In this document: positions 63,223 to 64,000 of the stretch, piece by piece
Numbering within the stretch: the first letter of the stretch is position 1
Layout of the letters: each line of letters starts with the position of its first letter
Assembly (NCBI GenBank): GCA_043228905.1
Contig: JBHGNT010000018.1
Span: 6,820,001-6,884,000 of the forward strand
Origin: Azolla caroliniana
Lineage: Eukaryota; Plantae; Polypodiophyta
Direction: 5' to 3'
Length of the DNA: 64,000 bases
Program-made: the position numbers and the translations under genes
Notes under the pieces: generated by a model
Database searches by the model: none
Told to the model about the DNA's origin: nothing
What the model saw: only the letters and a program-made list of their open reading frames with translations

Positions 63223-64000
63223 TCTCAAGTGTACAATCCTTCTTCTTCTCAAGTGAATAAATTTCATCAAATCTTACATTGATCATCATCTCTTCGATAA
63301 TTTCGTGAACGTCCTCCCCAGTCCAAGACCCTAGTGGTCGCTCGAGTAGCACACGCACGTGCGAATCTTCGCGACACCGGTGATACTCGACGAGCTTTAC
63401 ATTACAACGGCTCGTATGGAGACCAAAGTGTTGGACAATGGTTCGGCATATGCAAGGGTGAAGAGCCAGGACGGTAAGCACTCCATCCAATTCCTGACAG
63501 TGAGGCTGAATCATGAATGAAACCGTGATTCTCTCGGCGGCGAGGGCCGAGGGGATTTTTAGAGAGGACTATCAAGGTGTGGGGCCGCAATAGTCTGGAA
63601 AACTGGAAGAATCCCCACACCTGTACCATAAGTAGGAAATTTTGGCCCACCGCTAACGGAGGTTGTACCATAGCCGACATCGATGGCCGGGAGAAGAAGC
63701 GGGTCAAAGGACGCTTGAAGGCCTACGACGCCTTAGGCTCCGACGCCTTAGGCTCCGACGCCTTAGGCTCTGACGACGAGATTATTGGCGTTATGGATGC
63801 AGTCTTATTTGATGACACTCTCGGGGAGATCGAGAGGTTGGCCAAAGAGGACCTACGTGAGGACCGGATAGTTCCGACCGGTTTGATCGAAATGTACGAA
63901 GTAATCGAGGACTTCGGAAGGATGGTCGGGTCGGATCGAATGACCCTATAATGCACGGAATACAAGATTGTGGACCAGAAGGTGAGGCCAATCGCGACTC

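Larger units (their letters stand above)
43679..64000 (+). mobile_element. Ty3/Gypsy element I (tRNA-Trp primed, degenerate), continues beyond the window; hosts Copia G and H
   Basis: 5' LTR TGTCGTGAAG...CTCGACA 43679-44391; PBS TGGTGAACCCAACGTGAA at 44396. Gag pieces at 44437-44792, 50924-52106 (CMWCDAVGHIQREC) and from 62587; PR (FDHRSEIN) at ~62790; pol start at ~63560. Confidence 0.85.

Noticed and set aside
63728-63775. DALGS x3 repeat in the pol of Gypsy I
   Set aside because: A local 15-bp slippage duplication in a decayed element; J has a single equivalent unit.
1-64000. tRNA, rRNA or snRNA genes (including U7) and env-like ORFs
   Set aside because: None recognisable by eye; the tRNA-like matches are PBSs only.

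Overview
Land-plant nuclear DNA. The TE families and gene structure suggest a non-seed plant such as a fern, but that is inference. About 85% of the window is nested transposable elements, most of which can be delimited by LTRs, primer-binding sites (PBS), polypurine tracts (PPT) and target-site duplications (TSD). Between the nests is a small island (~33.9-41.1 kb) with two convergent spliced genes: a 4-exon Sm-fold gene most similar to the U7-snRNP protein LSm10 (+, 34314-35227) and a 10-exon chlorophyll b reductase NYC1 (-, 40918-36222). The left nest has three nested Ty1/Copia elements inside a Gypsy LTR. It also has an old LINE broken up by three solo LTRs (one carrying a hAT MITE) and two Copia insertions, one of which hosts an intact 1358-aa Copia with apparently identical LTRs. 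The right nest interleaves Copia elements with two tRNA-Trp-primed Gypsy elements. Most notable: the LSm10-like gene with an N-terminal RG repeat; a -1 frameshift site with a covarying pseudoknot in both Gypsy elements; a Gag/LTR module swap on a shared pol; variable CCGG-rich tandem arrays in Copia LTRs; and a duplication of flanking DNA inside a 3' LTR. All coordinates were read by eye.
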